Origin: Promethearchaeia archaeon
GTDB lineage: Archaea; Asgardarchaeota; Lokiarchaeia; Sigyniarchaeales; SOKP01
DNA length: 64,000 bases
Assembly: GCA_029856045.1 (NCBI GenBank)
Contig: JAHQWG010000033.1
Coordinates: 32,001 to 96,000 of the forward strand
Direction of reading: 5' to 3'
Shown: positions 1 through 10,140 of the stretch, in pieces
Numbering within the stretch: the stretch's first letter is position 1
How the letters are laid out: each line of letters begins with the position of its first letter
Position numbers and translations under genes: made by a program
The notes under the pieces: model-generated
What the model was told of the DNA's origin: nothing
Database searches by the model: none
What the model saw: only the letters and a program-made list of their open reading frames with translations

Positions 1-2
1 AG

Positions 3-857
3 AAAATCGGTTTCTCAAAGATTGTAACGCTAGGGAACAAGATTGATGTCGATGAAATTGACATGATAGAATATTTTGAAAATGATCCAGATACTAAAGT
101 GATAACAATATACTTAGAAGGAGTAAAGAGAGGCAATGATTTTATCAAAGCCTTAAAAAAAATAACGAAACCAATCATAATTCTTAAAAACGGGAGAAGT
201 GAACTAGGATCTAACGCAATTAAAAGTCATACTGGGTCATTGGCTGGTAATGATCGGATATTCGACGCTATCTTTAAGCAATATCCATGTATTTTTCGAG
301 TAGAAAATTTTTATGAAATGTTTAATATTGCCCAAGTTTTTGCAACACAACCTTTACCTAGGGGAAATAATGTAGCCATTATAACCGGCTCTGGTAGTAT
401 CGGGATTTTGGCATGCGATGAGATAGAAAGACAGGGACTTATTCTAGCTAAACTTAGGGAAGATTCAATTCAATCGATGAAATCAGTGGCTCCTGATTGG
501 GTGTCATTAAAAAATCCGGTAGATTTAGGACCATCTCAAATGATTACTCTTAATCCTGTATTAAAGGCAATTTTCAACGATAATAATGTTGATAGTGTAT
601 TGTTCCTTTTTACTGTACCAAGATTACCCTTAGAATTTCTAGGTGTAAGCATTATGCCATCATTAAGACTTATAAAAAATCTTTCCTCTAAACTCAAAAA
701 GCCTTGCATTATTTGTGTTTTTGGTTCTCGGTGGGTTTTTGATTTTATATTAAAACCAGCATTGAGATTTCAAATTCCAGTAATGAACCGAGTAAAAGAA
801 GCTATATTGGCTTTAAAAATGATGTATGAATATAATCAATTTATTTCATCTCAATAA
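3..857 (+). CDS. Acetate/acyl-CoA ligase (ADP-forming) alpha subunit, 5'-truncated by the window edge
   Basis: Frame is open from base 3 (KIGFSKIVTLGNKIDVDE). Motifs IYLEG, SHTGSLAG (phospho-His loop), TGSGSIG and NPVDL are typical of the AcdA/succinyl-CoA ligase-like family. Confidence 0.9.
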   Translation, partial: KIGFSKIVTLGNKIDVDEIDMIEYFENDPDTKVITIYLEGVKRGNDFIKALKKITKPIIILKNGRSELGSNAIKSHTGSLAGNDRIFDAIFKQYPCIFRVENFYEMFNIAQVFATQPLPRGNNVAIITGSGSIGILACDEIERQGLILAKLREDSIQSMKSVAPDWVSLKNPVDLGPSQMITLNPVLKAIFNDNNVDSVLFLFTVPRLPLEFLGVSIMPSLRLIKNLSSKLKKPCIICVFGSRWVFDFILKPALRFQIPVMNRVKEAILALKMMYEYNQFISSQ

Positions 858-888
858 CTTAAAAAATTCTCGTTGATTTAGAAAAATT

Positions 889-1974
889 ATGATAATTACA
901 GATGTTCAAACACATGTATTGCAATTAGATTTTAAGATTAAAATTGGTGCGATGCCATCCCTAAAAGCTACTGGTTTATATGTAAATATAAAAACCGATG
1001 AAGGTATTGATGGATGGGGGTTATCTCATTGGAATTTATCAAATAGTGCCCAAAAGCGCTTTATTGATGAGGCTTTAAAACCTCTATTATTAAAAAAAGA
1101 TCCTTTTATGATTGAGGATATCTTTCATACAATTTACCATACAAGTAATAGAATTTTATTTGGTATTCCTATGGCTACATCGGTCATACAAGTAGCTCTC
1201 TGGGATTTGGTAGGAAAAGCTGTAAAGACTCCTATTTATCGTCTTTTAGGAGGGATGAAGAAAAAGGTAAGGGCTTATGCATCATTGTTTAGACCATACA
1301 AAAATCCTAGGGCTGCTGTAGGCGCAGTTCAAGCTGCATTAGATTTGGGGGGGTTTAATGCAGTCAAGTTAAGGATTGGAAAAACTCCTGAAAAGGATGA
1401 GGCACTCATAAAGACGGTAAGAGATGTTTTTCCAGATATTGAAATAATGGTTGATGCGAATTCAGGTTATGAAACTGTTAATGAAGCTCTAAAAATCACA
1501 AAGATTTGTGAAAAATATAATATTACATGGCTTGAAGAACCATTAACCTCTGATAATCTTAATGGACTTGCCGAATTAAGGAGGAAATCACCAGTAGAGA
1601 TTGCTGGTGGAGAAAATGATTTCGGGATGTATCGATTTGATGAAATTCTTACTAAAGGAGCGTATGATATAATTCAACCTGATGTAACTCGTAGTGGAGG
1701 TTATTTACAGATGAAAAAGATTGATGCGATGGCGGAAGTAAAAGGAGTCCGTTGTATCCCCCATGTTTTTGGTATGGGGCACATTTTGGCAGCCAATATT
1801 CATTTCGTAATGGCATCAAGATGTCCATGGTTAGAATATCCATTTATTCCTGATGAATATCAAATACTTGAAGAACCAATTAAGGTTGAAAAAGGAATCG
1901 TAAAAGCGTTGGAAAGACCAGGTCTAGGCGTCGAGATAAATCATAAAATGTTCGAGGAAAATGTAATTGAATAA
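889..1974 (+). CDS. Mandelate racemase/muconate lactonizing enzyme family (enolase superfamily) protein
   Basis: TDEGIDGWG, ALWDLVGK, metal ligands MVDAN/WLEEP/GGEN, IIQPD, PH, RPGLG. Confidence 0.9.
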   Translation: MIITDVQTHVLQLDFKIKIGAMPSLKATGLYVNIKTDEGIDGWGLSHWNLSNSAQKRFIDEALKPLLLKKDPFMIEDIFHTIYHTSNRILFGIPMATSVIQVALWDLVGKAVKTPIYRLLGGMKKKVRAYASLFRPYKNPRAAVGAVQAALDLGGFNAVKLRIGKTPEKDEALIKTVRDVFPDIEIMVDANSGYETVNEALKITKICEKYNITWLEEPLTSDNLNGLAELRRKSPVEIAGGENDFGMYRFDEILTKGAYDIIQPDVTRSGGYLQMKKIDAMAEVKGVRCIPHVFGMGHILAANIHFVMASRCPWLEYPFIPDEYQILEEPIKVEKGIVKALERPGLGVEINHKMFEENVIE

Positions 1975-2026
1975 TCTTATTTAAAAATCAAAAAGATGAT
2001 ATTAAATTAATATTAAAAAATCTTAA

Positions 2027-2872
2027 ATGAAAAATGGTGTTTCCAAAGTGAAAATTGAAGATTTTAGAGATATTATATATGAAAAAGAAGAAAATGGTAT
2101 TTGTACACTTACTTTCAACAGACCTGAAAGAAAGAACGCATTATCTTTTTTAACCTTCTTAGAAATTTACACTGTGTTGGATGATATGGAAAAAGATAGC
2201 AATGCAAAAGTCTTAATAATGACTGGATGTAAAGAAGCAAATGCTTACTCCTCGGGTGGCTATTTCAATTTGAAATTTCTAGATGAAATTCCTCCCGAAA
2301 TTAAAAAGGAACTTAATTTGATGGATATTGCCCAAAAAAAAGTGTGCATGAAATTTTGGAATTTTACTAAGCCAGTTATTGCAGCTATTAATGGTTTAGC
2401 TGTGGGGGCAGGCATAACAATGTCATTAGTTGGAGCAGATTTGATTTATATGTCGGAAGATGCTTGGTTAGGGTTTTATTTTGTAAAAAGAGCTGCTATA
2501 CCCGAATTTGGAATGAATTTTATTTTACCTTTTTATTTGGGATTTCAAAAGACTAAAGAAATTATCTTTTTTGGAGATAAAATAACAGCTCAACAAGCAT
2601 ATGAAATGGGTTTAGGTATTAATAAAGTTCTTCCGCCGGTTGAATTAATGCCATACACTAGAGACATTGCTTTGAGATTGATACCTCCGAAAGGTCCAAG
2701 TTTATCAATAAAATTGATGAAAAAAACTATGCATTCTTATTTTAAAGATATATTAGAAAAAACTTTGGATTTAGAAAATAGAGGATTGAGAAAAGCCATG
2801 ACTTCTTATGATCTTAAAGAATCAATGCAAGCATTAAAAGAAAAACGAGATCCAGTATTTGAAGGACATTGA
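2027..2872 (+). CDS. Enoyl-CoA hydratase/isomerase (crotonase) family protein
   Basis: LTFNRPERKNAL, KPVIAAINGLAVGAG, C-terminal EKRDPVF. Confidence 0.92.
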   Translation: MKNGVSKVKIEDFRDIIYEKEENGICTLTFNRPERKNALSFLTFLEIYTVLDDMEKDSNAKVLIMTGCKEANAYSSGGYFNLKFLDEIPPEIKKELNLMDIAQKKVCMKFWNFTKPVIAAINGLAVGAGITMSLVGADLIYMSEDAWLGFYFVKRAAIPEFGMNFILPFYLGFQKTKEIIFFGDKITAQQAYEMGLGINKVLPPVELMPYTRDIALRLIPPKGPSLSIKLMKKTMHSYFKDILEKTLDLENRGLRKAMTSYDLKESMQALKEKRDPVFEGH

Positions 2873-2999
2873 ATAATTTAATAAAAAATGAGTTTAAATT
2901 CTATACTAATTTTAACTTATTCTTTTTTAATTAAAATAAAATTGTTTAGGAGGAGATTGTATTTTTTGTAAAATTGATGGAGAAGATATTCCACTTGTT

Positions 3000-3677
3000 A
3001 TGACGGGAACTTCTCCATTTATAGGTGCTGGTCAATTCGGATCTAATGCCACGGTATGGCGCAGAAAATTCTTAAATCACACAGATGCTATGCTTGAAAT
3101 TTTAGAAGCATGTTATAAAGCTGGAGGTCGTGGTATTGAAGCAATACCCGCTGGAAAAATTTGTGAAGTTGCTAAAATAATGAAAGAAACATACAATGAT
3201 TATGTAATTACCGGTTCTACATTTCCAGGGACTGATCCCTTAATTGAAGATTTAATTGATATTGGTGTAAGGCTGATTTTTGTTCATGGAATGGTTGCAG
3301 ATAATAAAAATAGCAAATTAATTAACCTATTAGATGAGATCTCCTCCCGAGGTGTAATTCCAGGAATAGCTGCTCATAACCCCATTTCCACTCTAACATA
3401 TGCTTTTGAAAATTCATTAAATGTTAAAGCATTTTTAATTCCCTTTAACACAAATGGGATGTTCATGGATGATCAAAAAAAGCTAGAAGCACTTATTAAT
3501 CAAAATAAAAATTACTCTTTTTTAGGAATGAAAACTTTAGCGGCAGGAAAAATAGAACCACAAAAAGCTTTTGAATATATTTCTAAACATAATATTTGTT
3601 CTGTAGCAATAGGTATGGTTAGTGTTGAGCAAGCAAAAATTTCTACAAAAATTGCTTTAAATGCATTACAAAAATGA
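3000..3677 (+). CDS. Aldo/keto-reductase-like TIM-barrel protein (true start probably ~2961)
   Basis: GTSPF near the N-terminus, IPGIAAHNP, LGMKTLAAGKI, AIGM. The frame extends upstream behind an AGGAGG site. Confidence 0.6.
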   Translation: MTGTSPFIGAGQFGSNATVWRRKFLNHTDAMLEILEACYKAGGRGIEAIPAGKICEVAKIMKETYNDYVITGSTFPGTDPLIEDLIDIGVRLIFVHGMVADNKNSKLINLLDEISSRGVIPGIAAHNPISTLTYAFENSLNVKAFLIPFNTNGMFMDDQKKLEALINQNKNYSFLGMKTLAAGKIEPQKAFEYISKHNICSVAIGMVSVEQAKISTKIALNALQK

Positions 3678-3836
3678 TGTGAAATCCAGTTTTTAAACCA
3701 AAATTATTAATAATCATGCAAAAGGAAAGTCAGTAAAAGATCTCTTTGAAAATTTATATTTTATAAAGTAAAAATATTAAAAATGAAATAAATCTTTATT
3801 ACTTAGAGTTTGAATTTCAGACATACGTGAAATATC

Positions 3837-4124
3837 TTGAGTGTTACTTTAATATTTGCAGATCCATTTACTACAATTATGCAACGATGGGATATGGAGA
3901 TCAAATTAGATAAACCCATTACTCTAAGAGAATTACTTCTAGATTTGATAGAAAAAAACGGAGAACCTTTAAGAGAAATACTTTTTAAAGAAAATATGGA
4001 AGAAATGGTAGAAGACTTAGTTTTAACAATTAATGGTATCCATTTTAGGTTCCAGGGAGGGCTTGATGCTGAATTGAAAGACGGTGACCGCCTGAACTTT
4101 ATGTGGAACTATTATGGTGGTTAG
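3837..4124 (+). CDS. MoaD/ThiS/SAMP ubiquitin-like beta-grasp protein
   Basis: 95 aa with TLRELL, INGIH...GLDAELKDGDRL and a C-terminal GG. Confidence 0.85.
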   Translation: MSVTLIFADPFTTIMQRWDMEIKLDKPITLRELLLDLIEKNGEPLREILFKENMEEMVEDLVLTINGIHFRFQGGLDAELKDGDRLNFMWNYYGG

Positions 4125-5490
4125 GTTTTCTTATTTTTTCATAAATTTGTTGTGTTTTTTCTTTCCATTCTTCAAATTTTTCCATTATTTTTGGAAATTT
4201 TTTATAATGATTTGAGATCTTATTCATATTAATTCTCACATAATTTAAATCTAATAACAACTTAGGTTGAGAGATACCTTTAATCGCCTTAGAGATTAAA
4301 TCAAACAGAGATAACTCAACCTTTCCCGTTGAGGCTATCTCTAATATTTCGTTCCCAGTTAATAAATCACGTTCTAAACCAAAATTTAAATCTTCATTAG
4401 AAAGATTTTGTAAAATAATTCTTAACAGGTCAAGAGCGGCAAATTCTGCACCAAAAGTTGTCATTACATTATAATTATAATTCCATAATGCATTTATAGA
4501 ATAGTCTTCGCTTTCAATTGCATCTTTTGCACTAACTGCAGAATAATATCCTCCTCGCATTGAAGGGTCAATCCCTCCTCCATGAAGTGGACTGACTTGA
4601 CATGCAGCATCTCCAATAAACATAATGCCATTGTCTGCACAAGACCAAATTGGCCTTCTTACAGGAGCAACACCACCTCCCGAAGAGATTATCTTATATT
4701 CAGAAGTTTTAATGAAATTTTCAAATACATTTTTTCGGTATAATTCTTTAACTTTACCTTTAAAATCCATAAATACCCCTAATCCTATATTAACTGAGTG
4801 TTCATTTTTCGGGAAATACCAGATATAACCTCCAGGTGCCTTTTCTTGGTCTAAAATAATTGAAATATATTCTGGATCATTTACTTTTGGGTTTTCAGGA
4901 CCGAAATCAACAATCTCTCTATAACATAAAATTGAATCCTTCTTAGAAATTTCCTTTTCAATTATTAAACTTTCTATATTTCTTCTCAAGGGAGAATAGA
5001 ATCCGCTCGCATCAATTATTATTTTTGAGTGTAGATCGGTTTTTTCTCCATTGCTCAATTTAACTTTTATTCCATTTACGGTTCCATTTTCATATAGTAA
5101 ATCTAATGCCATAGTATTATCTAAAAATTGCTTCACTCCTGCATCAATTGCCTCATTTAATAATCGTTGACCGAATTCTAATCGATTAACAACATAACCT
5201 GCTAGCTTTGGGTCTTGCATTATTATGCATTTTTTTAAATTTGGAGAATATAATTTAGCGCCTTTTATATGGCATGCTAATTCTTTTCCTTCTGGTGGAT
5301 TAATATTCAGGAATTCAAAAATTTGAGTTCCAATTCCATCCCCACAGATCTTATCTCCAATTTTATCCTTTTTTTTGCTGTCAATCAAACACACATCGAG
5401 TCCGTATTGAGCTGCAAATCGAGCTGCAGTACTTCCTCCGGTTCCTGCTCCGACGACTATTACATCATATGATTTAGGTAAACTTTCCAT
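4099..5490 (-). CDS. Geranylgeranyl reductase family (digeranylgeranylglycerophospholipid reductase)
   Basis: GAGTGG FAD motif, KICGD, PGGYIWYFPK, IGDAA...PLHGGGI. Divergent from the GGGP synthase gene. Confidence 0.92.
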   Translation of the reverse strand: MESLPKSYDVIVVGAGTGGSTAARFAAQYGLDVCLIDSKKKDKIGDKICGDGIGTQIFEFLNINPPEGKELACHIKGAKLYSPNLKKCIIMQDPKLAGYVVNRLEFGQRLLNEAIDAGVKQFLDNTMALDLLYENGTVNGIKVKLSNGEKTDLHSKIIIDASGFYSPLRRNIESLIIEKEISKKDSILCYREIVDFGPENPKVNDPEYISIILDQEKAPGGYIWYFPKNEHSVNIGLGVFMDFKGKVKELYRKNVFENFIKTSEYKIISSGGGVAPVRRPIWSCADNGIMFIGDAACQVSPLHGGGIDPSMRGGYYSAVSAKDAIESEDYSINALWNYNYNVMTTFGAEFAALDLLRIILQNLSNEDLNFGLERDLLTGNEILEIASTGKVELSLFDLISKAIKGISQPKLLLDLNYVRINMNKISNHYKKFPKIMEKFEEWKEKTQQIYEKIRKPNHHNSST

Positions 5491-5621
5491 TACTACATCA
5501 ATTAAAAGTAATTATATTTGTTAAAATATAAATTACATCAATCCTCTTAATATATTTCACAAAAATAATATTCGTATTGATTTTAAAAGCTTTTAAAATC
5601 TTTAATTGTTTTACAATATGA

Positions 5622-6443
5622 TTGATAATGGATACAGTTGTAAAAGAATCTGAAAAGCAAACGACATATGGATATATCATTAATAAAATTAATGATGATG
5701 GGGCTCTTCACTTTTCTCTTATAGATCCTGACCCTCTACGTCAAACTCCTTCACGGGCAGCAAAGATGGCTAAATATGCTGAAGATGCTGGAACCGATGC
5801 AATTTTAGTGGGTGGGAGCACTGCATTTGACCAAGTATTTATAGATAAAACAATTGAATCAATAAAGAGTAAAGTAGATATACCTGTTATCATCTTTCCA
5901 GGAGGAATAAGTAATATTTCTCCTAAAGCGGATGCGATTTTATTTATGTCTTTATTGAATTCAAAAGATCCTTATTTTATTGTTGGTCAACAGGCTCTCG
6001 CATGTTTGCCAATTAAATTAGCTAAAATTGAAAGCATATCTATGGCATATTTAATAATAGAACCAGGTTCAACAGCAGGGTGGATTGGAAATGCAAAATT
6101 ATTACCAAGGAATAAGCCAGAATTAACTACAGCTTATGCATTAGCAGCAGAATTGTTTGGATTCAAATTAATCTATTTGGAATCTGGTTCTGGTTCTGAA
6201 AAAATACCTGTAAAGATTATCAAAATGGCATCAAATCATTTAAAAATTCCCATAATCGTTGGTGGGGGAATTAATAATAAAGAAGATGCAAGAAATTTTA
6301 TTGAAAATGGTGCAGATATAATCGTTATGGGCACTTTTCTTGAAAATAATACTTTTAATGATAAAGGAACCTCACTGAAAGAAATTATTGATGAGATTAA
6401 AACTTGTGGTAAGCTTTACGAAAAAAATTATGAAAAAAATTAG
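5622..6443 (+). CDS. Geranylgeranylglyceryl phosphate (GGGP) synthase
   Basis: HFSLIDPD, DAILVGGS, PVIIFPG, LFMSLLNS, IYLESGSG, IVGGGI. Confidence 0.95.
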   Translation: MIMDTVVKESEKQTTYGYIINKINDDGALHFSLIDPDPLRQTPSRAAKMAKYAEDAGTDAILVGGSTAFDQVFIDKTIESIKSKVDIPVIIFPGGISNISPKADAILFMSLLNSKDPYFIVGQQALACLPIKLAKIESISMAYLIIEPGSTAGWIGNAKLLPRNKPELTTAYALAAELFGFKLIYLESGSGSEKIPVKIIKMASNHLKIPIIVGGGINNKEDARNFIENGADIIVMGTFLENNTFNDKGTSLKEIIDEIKTCGKLYEKNYEKN

Positions 6444-6459
6444 TTAAAACAAACATAGA

Positions 6460-7341
6460 GTGATAGTCATGAAATTCAAGGATGCCATCGAAATATTAAG
6501 ACCCATAAATTGTATTATGGGAACACTTACAGTAATAATAGGTATTTTAAACACCCGAACAGGAATATCAATCGATATAATACTTATAAATTTAATATTA
6601 GGTATATTGACCTATTTCTTTATTGCAGGTTCAGGGATGGTAATTAATGACATATATGATATCGAAATTGATAAAATTAATCGCCCAGAACGTCCTATTC
6701 CAAGAGGATCAATAACTCTAAGCCAAGCAAAAATATTTTTTTTTGTAGTATTGACTATTGGAGTAGTACTATCTATCATTCATAGTATAATTTTTAACTT
6801 AGGTTTTCTCAATATATTTTTTGCTATTTTTTTCGGCTTTTTAGGATGGGTGTATGCTAAATGGGGTAAAAAACAAGGTTTTCTAGGAAATTTAGTTGTT
6901 AGTTTATCATTTTCAATAGGATTAATATATGGTGCGATTTTGAATAGTTCAATAATTCCACTATACATTTATTATTTCTTTTTAACCTGTTTTTTTCTTT
7001 TACTTTCTCGCGAGATTATAAAAGGATGTGAAGATATTGAAGGAGATAAACAATATGGAATAAAGACTTTAGCAATTCAGATTGGAATTGAAAAAACCGC
7101 TAAATTCTCTGTAGTCTGTGATATTTTGGCTATAATCTTTTTTATTTTACCTATATTTACACCAATTTTAAATCCCATTTTGTTTTTTATTTCAATGATT
7201 TTTGGTATAATTATCGTTATTTATGCGTTAATATTATCTATTAAAAGTGATCTACAGACCGCTGATTTTAAAAAAATAAGCTTATTCTTAAAATTAGGGG
7301 CTTTTCTCGGCTTAATTGCTTTTATATTTGCGAGTATATAA
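6460..7341 (+). CDS. Digeranylgeranylglyceryl phosphate (DGGGP) synthase, UbiA family
   Basis: LRPIN, NDIYDIEIDKINRPERPIPRG, REIIKGCEDIEGD, multiple TM segments. Follows the GGGP synthase gene. Confidence 0.93.
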   Translation: MIVMKFKDAIEILRPINCIMGTLTVIIGILNTRTGISIDIILINLILGILTYFFIAGSGMVINDIYDIEIDKINRPERPIPRGSITLSQAKIFFFVVLTIGVVLSIIHSIIFNLGFLNIFFAIFFGFLGWVYAKWGKKQGFLGNLVVSLSFSIGLIYGAILNSSIIPLYIYYFFLTCFFLLLSREIIKGCEDIEGDKQYGIKTLAIQIGIEKTAKFSVVCDILAIIFFILPIFTPILNPILFFISMIFGIIIVIYALILSIKSDLQTADFKKISLFLKLGAFLGLIAFIFASI

Positions 7342-7490
7342 CTTTTTATTATAATTTCTATAAGAGAAATTCGAATAAATTATAATTTTTAATATTATGA
7401 AACTTCGGAAAACCTTTTTAATAAAATAATAACGAGAATTTAATAATCAGAAAATAACCCTCTTAATTTTCTTGAATGAAATTTTAGTTA

Positions 7491-8504
7491 TTGACTAAAA
7501 TGACTAATATCTTAATAACTGGTGGCACTGGATTTATTGGTGTTCATTTGGTTAAACGTTTATATGAATTAGGACAAAATTTAAAACTTCTTATAAGAGA
7601 AAATAGCAATATTGAACCATTTAAAGATCTAAAAAATATTGAATATATTATTGGGGATGTTCGGGATATCGATAGCCTTTATCAATCTATAGAAAATGTT
7701 GATTTAATTTATCATCTCGCAGCATATACTGAAATATGGGCTAAAAATAAATCTATTTACGAAGAAATTAATATCAATGGCTCCGAAAACATTGCGAAAG
7801 TAGTACTAGAAAAAAAAAAAAAACTAATTTACGTTAGTTCATTTTTTGCTATTGGACCTTATCTTGTTGGCAATGAAGTTCCTAATTTCGAAACTTATGA
7901 ACGTAATAATGATTTTTTTATAGATTATGAGAGATCAAAATATTATAGTACAAAAAAAATCAAAGAATATAAAGAACAAGGACTTAAAACAATCATATTT
8001 TATCCAGGATTTGTTTACGGTCCTGGTGATTTCAATTTTTATGGAAAACTAACAATAGATGTTATTTTAGGAAAACTTCTAGGAATTCCTAAGACATCAG
8101 TTTCTCAATTTAGTATGGCTTATGTAAAGGATATTATTGAACCAATGGTAAATGTTATTGACAGAGATGATTTAATTGGTGAAGAATTTTTTATTGGCGG
8201 TGAATTTATCTCAACTAAAGATTATCTTAATTTAATTGCAGAAATAGCCGAAGTAAAAAAACCACGGCAATTTCCAATGTGGCTGGCTATGTTTTATGGA
8301 TGGTTATGCGAAATTAAAGCAAAAATGACTAAAAAAATACCCTATATGACTCGAGCACTAATGAGAATGGCAACATATAATTGGGCATATTCATCACAAA
8401 AAGCTATTGATAAATTAGGATATAAAATTACTCCTTTTGATAAAGGTTTGGGAGAAACTGTCACATGGTATAAAGAATATTTAGAAAAAAATAAAGAAAA
8501 TTAA
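7491..8504 (+). CDS. NAD-dependent epimerase/dehydratase (extended SDR, dihydroflavonol-reductase/HpnA-like)
   Basis: TGGTGFIG, YHLAA, YERSK (YxxxK), VYGPGD. Confidence 0.9.
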   Translation: MTKMTNILITGGTGFIGVHLVKRLYELGQNLKLLIRENSNIEPFKDLKNIEYIIGDVRDIDSLYQSIENVDLIYHLAAYTEIWAKNKSIYEEININGSENIAKVVLEKKKKLIYVSSFFAIGPYLVGNEVPNFETYERNNDFFIDYERSKYYSTKKIKEYKEQGLKTIIFYPGFVYGPGDFNFYGKLTIDVILGKLLGIPKTSVSQFSMAYVKDIIEPMVNVIDRDDLIGEEFFIGGEFISTKDYLNLIAEIAEVKKPRQFPMWLAMFYGWLCEIKAKMTKKIPYMTRALMRMATYNWAYSSQKAIDKLGYKITPFDKGLGETVTWYKEYLEKNKEN

Positions 8505-8534
8505 CTGGTTAATAAAAATAAATGAGGTTTTTAT

Positions 8535-10055
8535 ATGAAATTAGATGTTTTAAATAAATATACAGGGGAGGTAATAGAATCTATTGAAGCAGATACTGAA
8601 GATACAATTCACAATAAGATTAGAAGAACAGTTCAGTGGGAAAAAAGACTTTTAAACACCACATTAGAAGAAAGAATTGATGTAATCAAAGATATTGCTA
8701 ATGTATTACTTAAAGAAAAGAAAAAAATTAAAGATATCATAGTTGCTGAAGGAGGATTACCCATTCGCTATTCAGAATGGGAATTTGCTATGATTGAAAA
8801 GGGATATTCTTATGTTGATTGGTTTATCGATCTAATAAAAGACAGAACACAACGTGATCTTGAAAGTGGACAAGTTTCACTCATAAAATATCAACCTATG
8901 GGATTAACTATAGGTATAACTCCCCGTAATACTCCTATGAGTTTGCCAATGTACTTTTGGGGATCAAGCTTCATGGCAGGAAACCCTGCTATTATAAAGC
9001 CTTCCACAGCTTGCCCCTTGACAATGAAATATTGTATAGAAAGAATTAATGAGAGTGATTTTCCATTTAATGAAGCATATGATTTAGTCATTAGTCCTGG
9101 CAACTATGCAACCAAAATTTTTATTGAATCAAAATTAATTAAAAATATTATTTGTGTAGCCGCTTCTCATACAGCAAAACAGATTCTGATGGATTACGCT
9201 GAAGTTTTAAAAAAACATACCCAGAAGTTTCTTGGAGTTAATATGATCAATTTTCCATTCAAAAATTTTGTATTCGAAAGTGCCGGAAATGATGCAGGAA
9301 TCGTAATGCCCGGAGTAAATTTAGAATTAGTAGCTAAATGGAATATAATTGCTTCCTATACAAATTCAGGACAACAATGTTTTTCAATGAAGCGAATAAT
9401 TGTACATCAGGATATATATGATGAGTATATTGAATTATTGCTTAAAGAGATTGAAAAATTAAAGATAGGAGACCCCAGAGATATGTCCACAGATATTGGA
9501 CCTCTTGGATCTCGGAGAATATTAATGATGATGGAAGTAATGGTTGGTGAAGCCACAAAACATAAGGGTGTAAAAATATTATGTGGTGCTGAAAAAATAG
9601 ATACCGGGAAAAGCTATGGCCTTTTTTATCAACCAACGTTAGTAGAGATTCCTCGCGAAAATATACTTGATTTTGATAAAGCTCCTTTTCTGTGGCGTGA
9701 AGAAGCTTTTGGTCCTGTAAGAAGTGTAACTAAAGCCAAAAATATTGATGATGCTATTTTTCTCGCAAATCATTCTAACTATGGAATGCGTGCTGTTGTC
9801 TACACACCTCCAGAAAATATTGAAAGATTTGTTAACGAATTGCAGGCAGGAAGCATATATATTAATAATGAACCGATGCAGGCTAATATTAGTACAGCTT
9901 TAGGGGGTTGGAAAGATAGTTCATATCCTCCTGGAATAAAATATTATCCTTCTGAGATGGTGATCTCTAAGATTATATACAATGGTTCACTTAATACTTC
10001 CAAACATCTTTTTATTGAAGCAACTCAACCTGTTTTGAAAGATGTAGTTGATTAG
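8535..10055 (+). CDS. Aldehyde dehydrogenase family protein (divergent)
   Basis: AGNPAIIKPS, catalytic NSGQQC, EEAFGPV, ANHSNYGM, GGWKDS. Confidence 0.88.
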   Translation: MKLDVLNKYTGEVIESIEADTEDTIHNKIRRTVQWEKRLLNTTLEERIDVIKDIANVLLKEKKKIKDIIVAEGGLPIRYSEWEFAMIEKGYSYVDWFIDLIKDRTQRDLESGQVSLIKYQPMGLTIGITPRNTPMSLPMYFWGSSFMAGNPAIIKPSTACPLTMKYCIERINESDFPFNEAYDLVISPGNYATKIFIESKLIKNIICVAASHTAKQILMDYAEVLKKHTQKFLGVNMINFPFKNFVFESAGNDAGIVMPGVNLELVAKWNIIASYTNSGQQCFSMKRIIVHQDIYDEYIELLLKEIEKLKIGDPRDMSTDIGPLGSRRILMMMEVMVGEATKHKGVKILCGAEKIDTGKSYGLFYQPTLVEIPRENILDFDKAPFLWREEAFGPVRSVTKAKNIDDAIFLANHSNYGMRAVVYTPPENIERFVNELQAGSIYINNEPMQANISTALGGWKDSSYPPGIKYYPSEMVISKIIYNGSLNTSKHLFIEATQPVLKDVVD

Positions 10056-10140
10056 TAAAATTTAAAACAATTTTAATTCTTTTTCTTTTGAACTCTTTTA
10101 TTAAAGAAAATCTAATTATCTTTTAACAATCATAATTATT

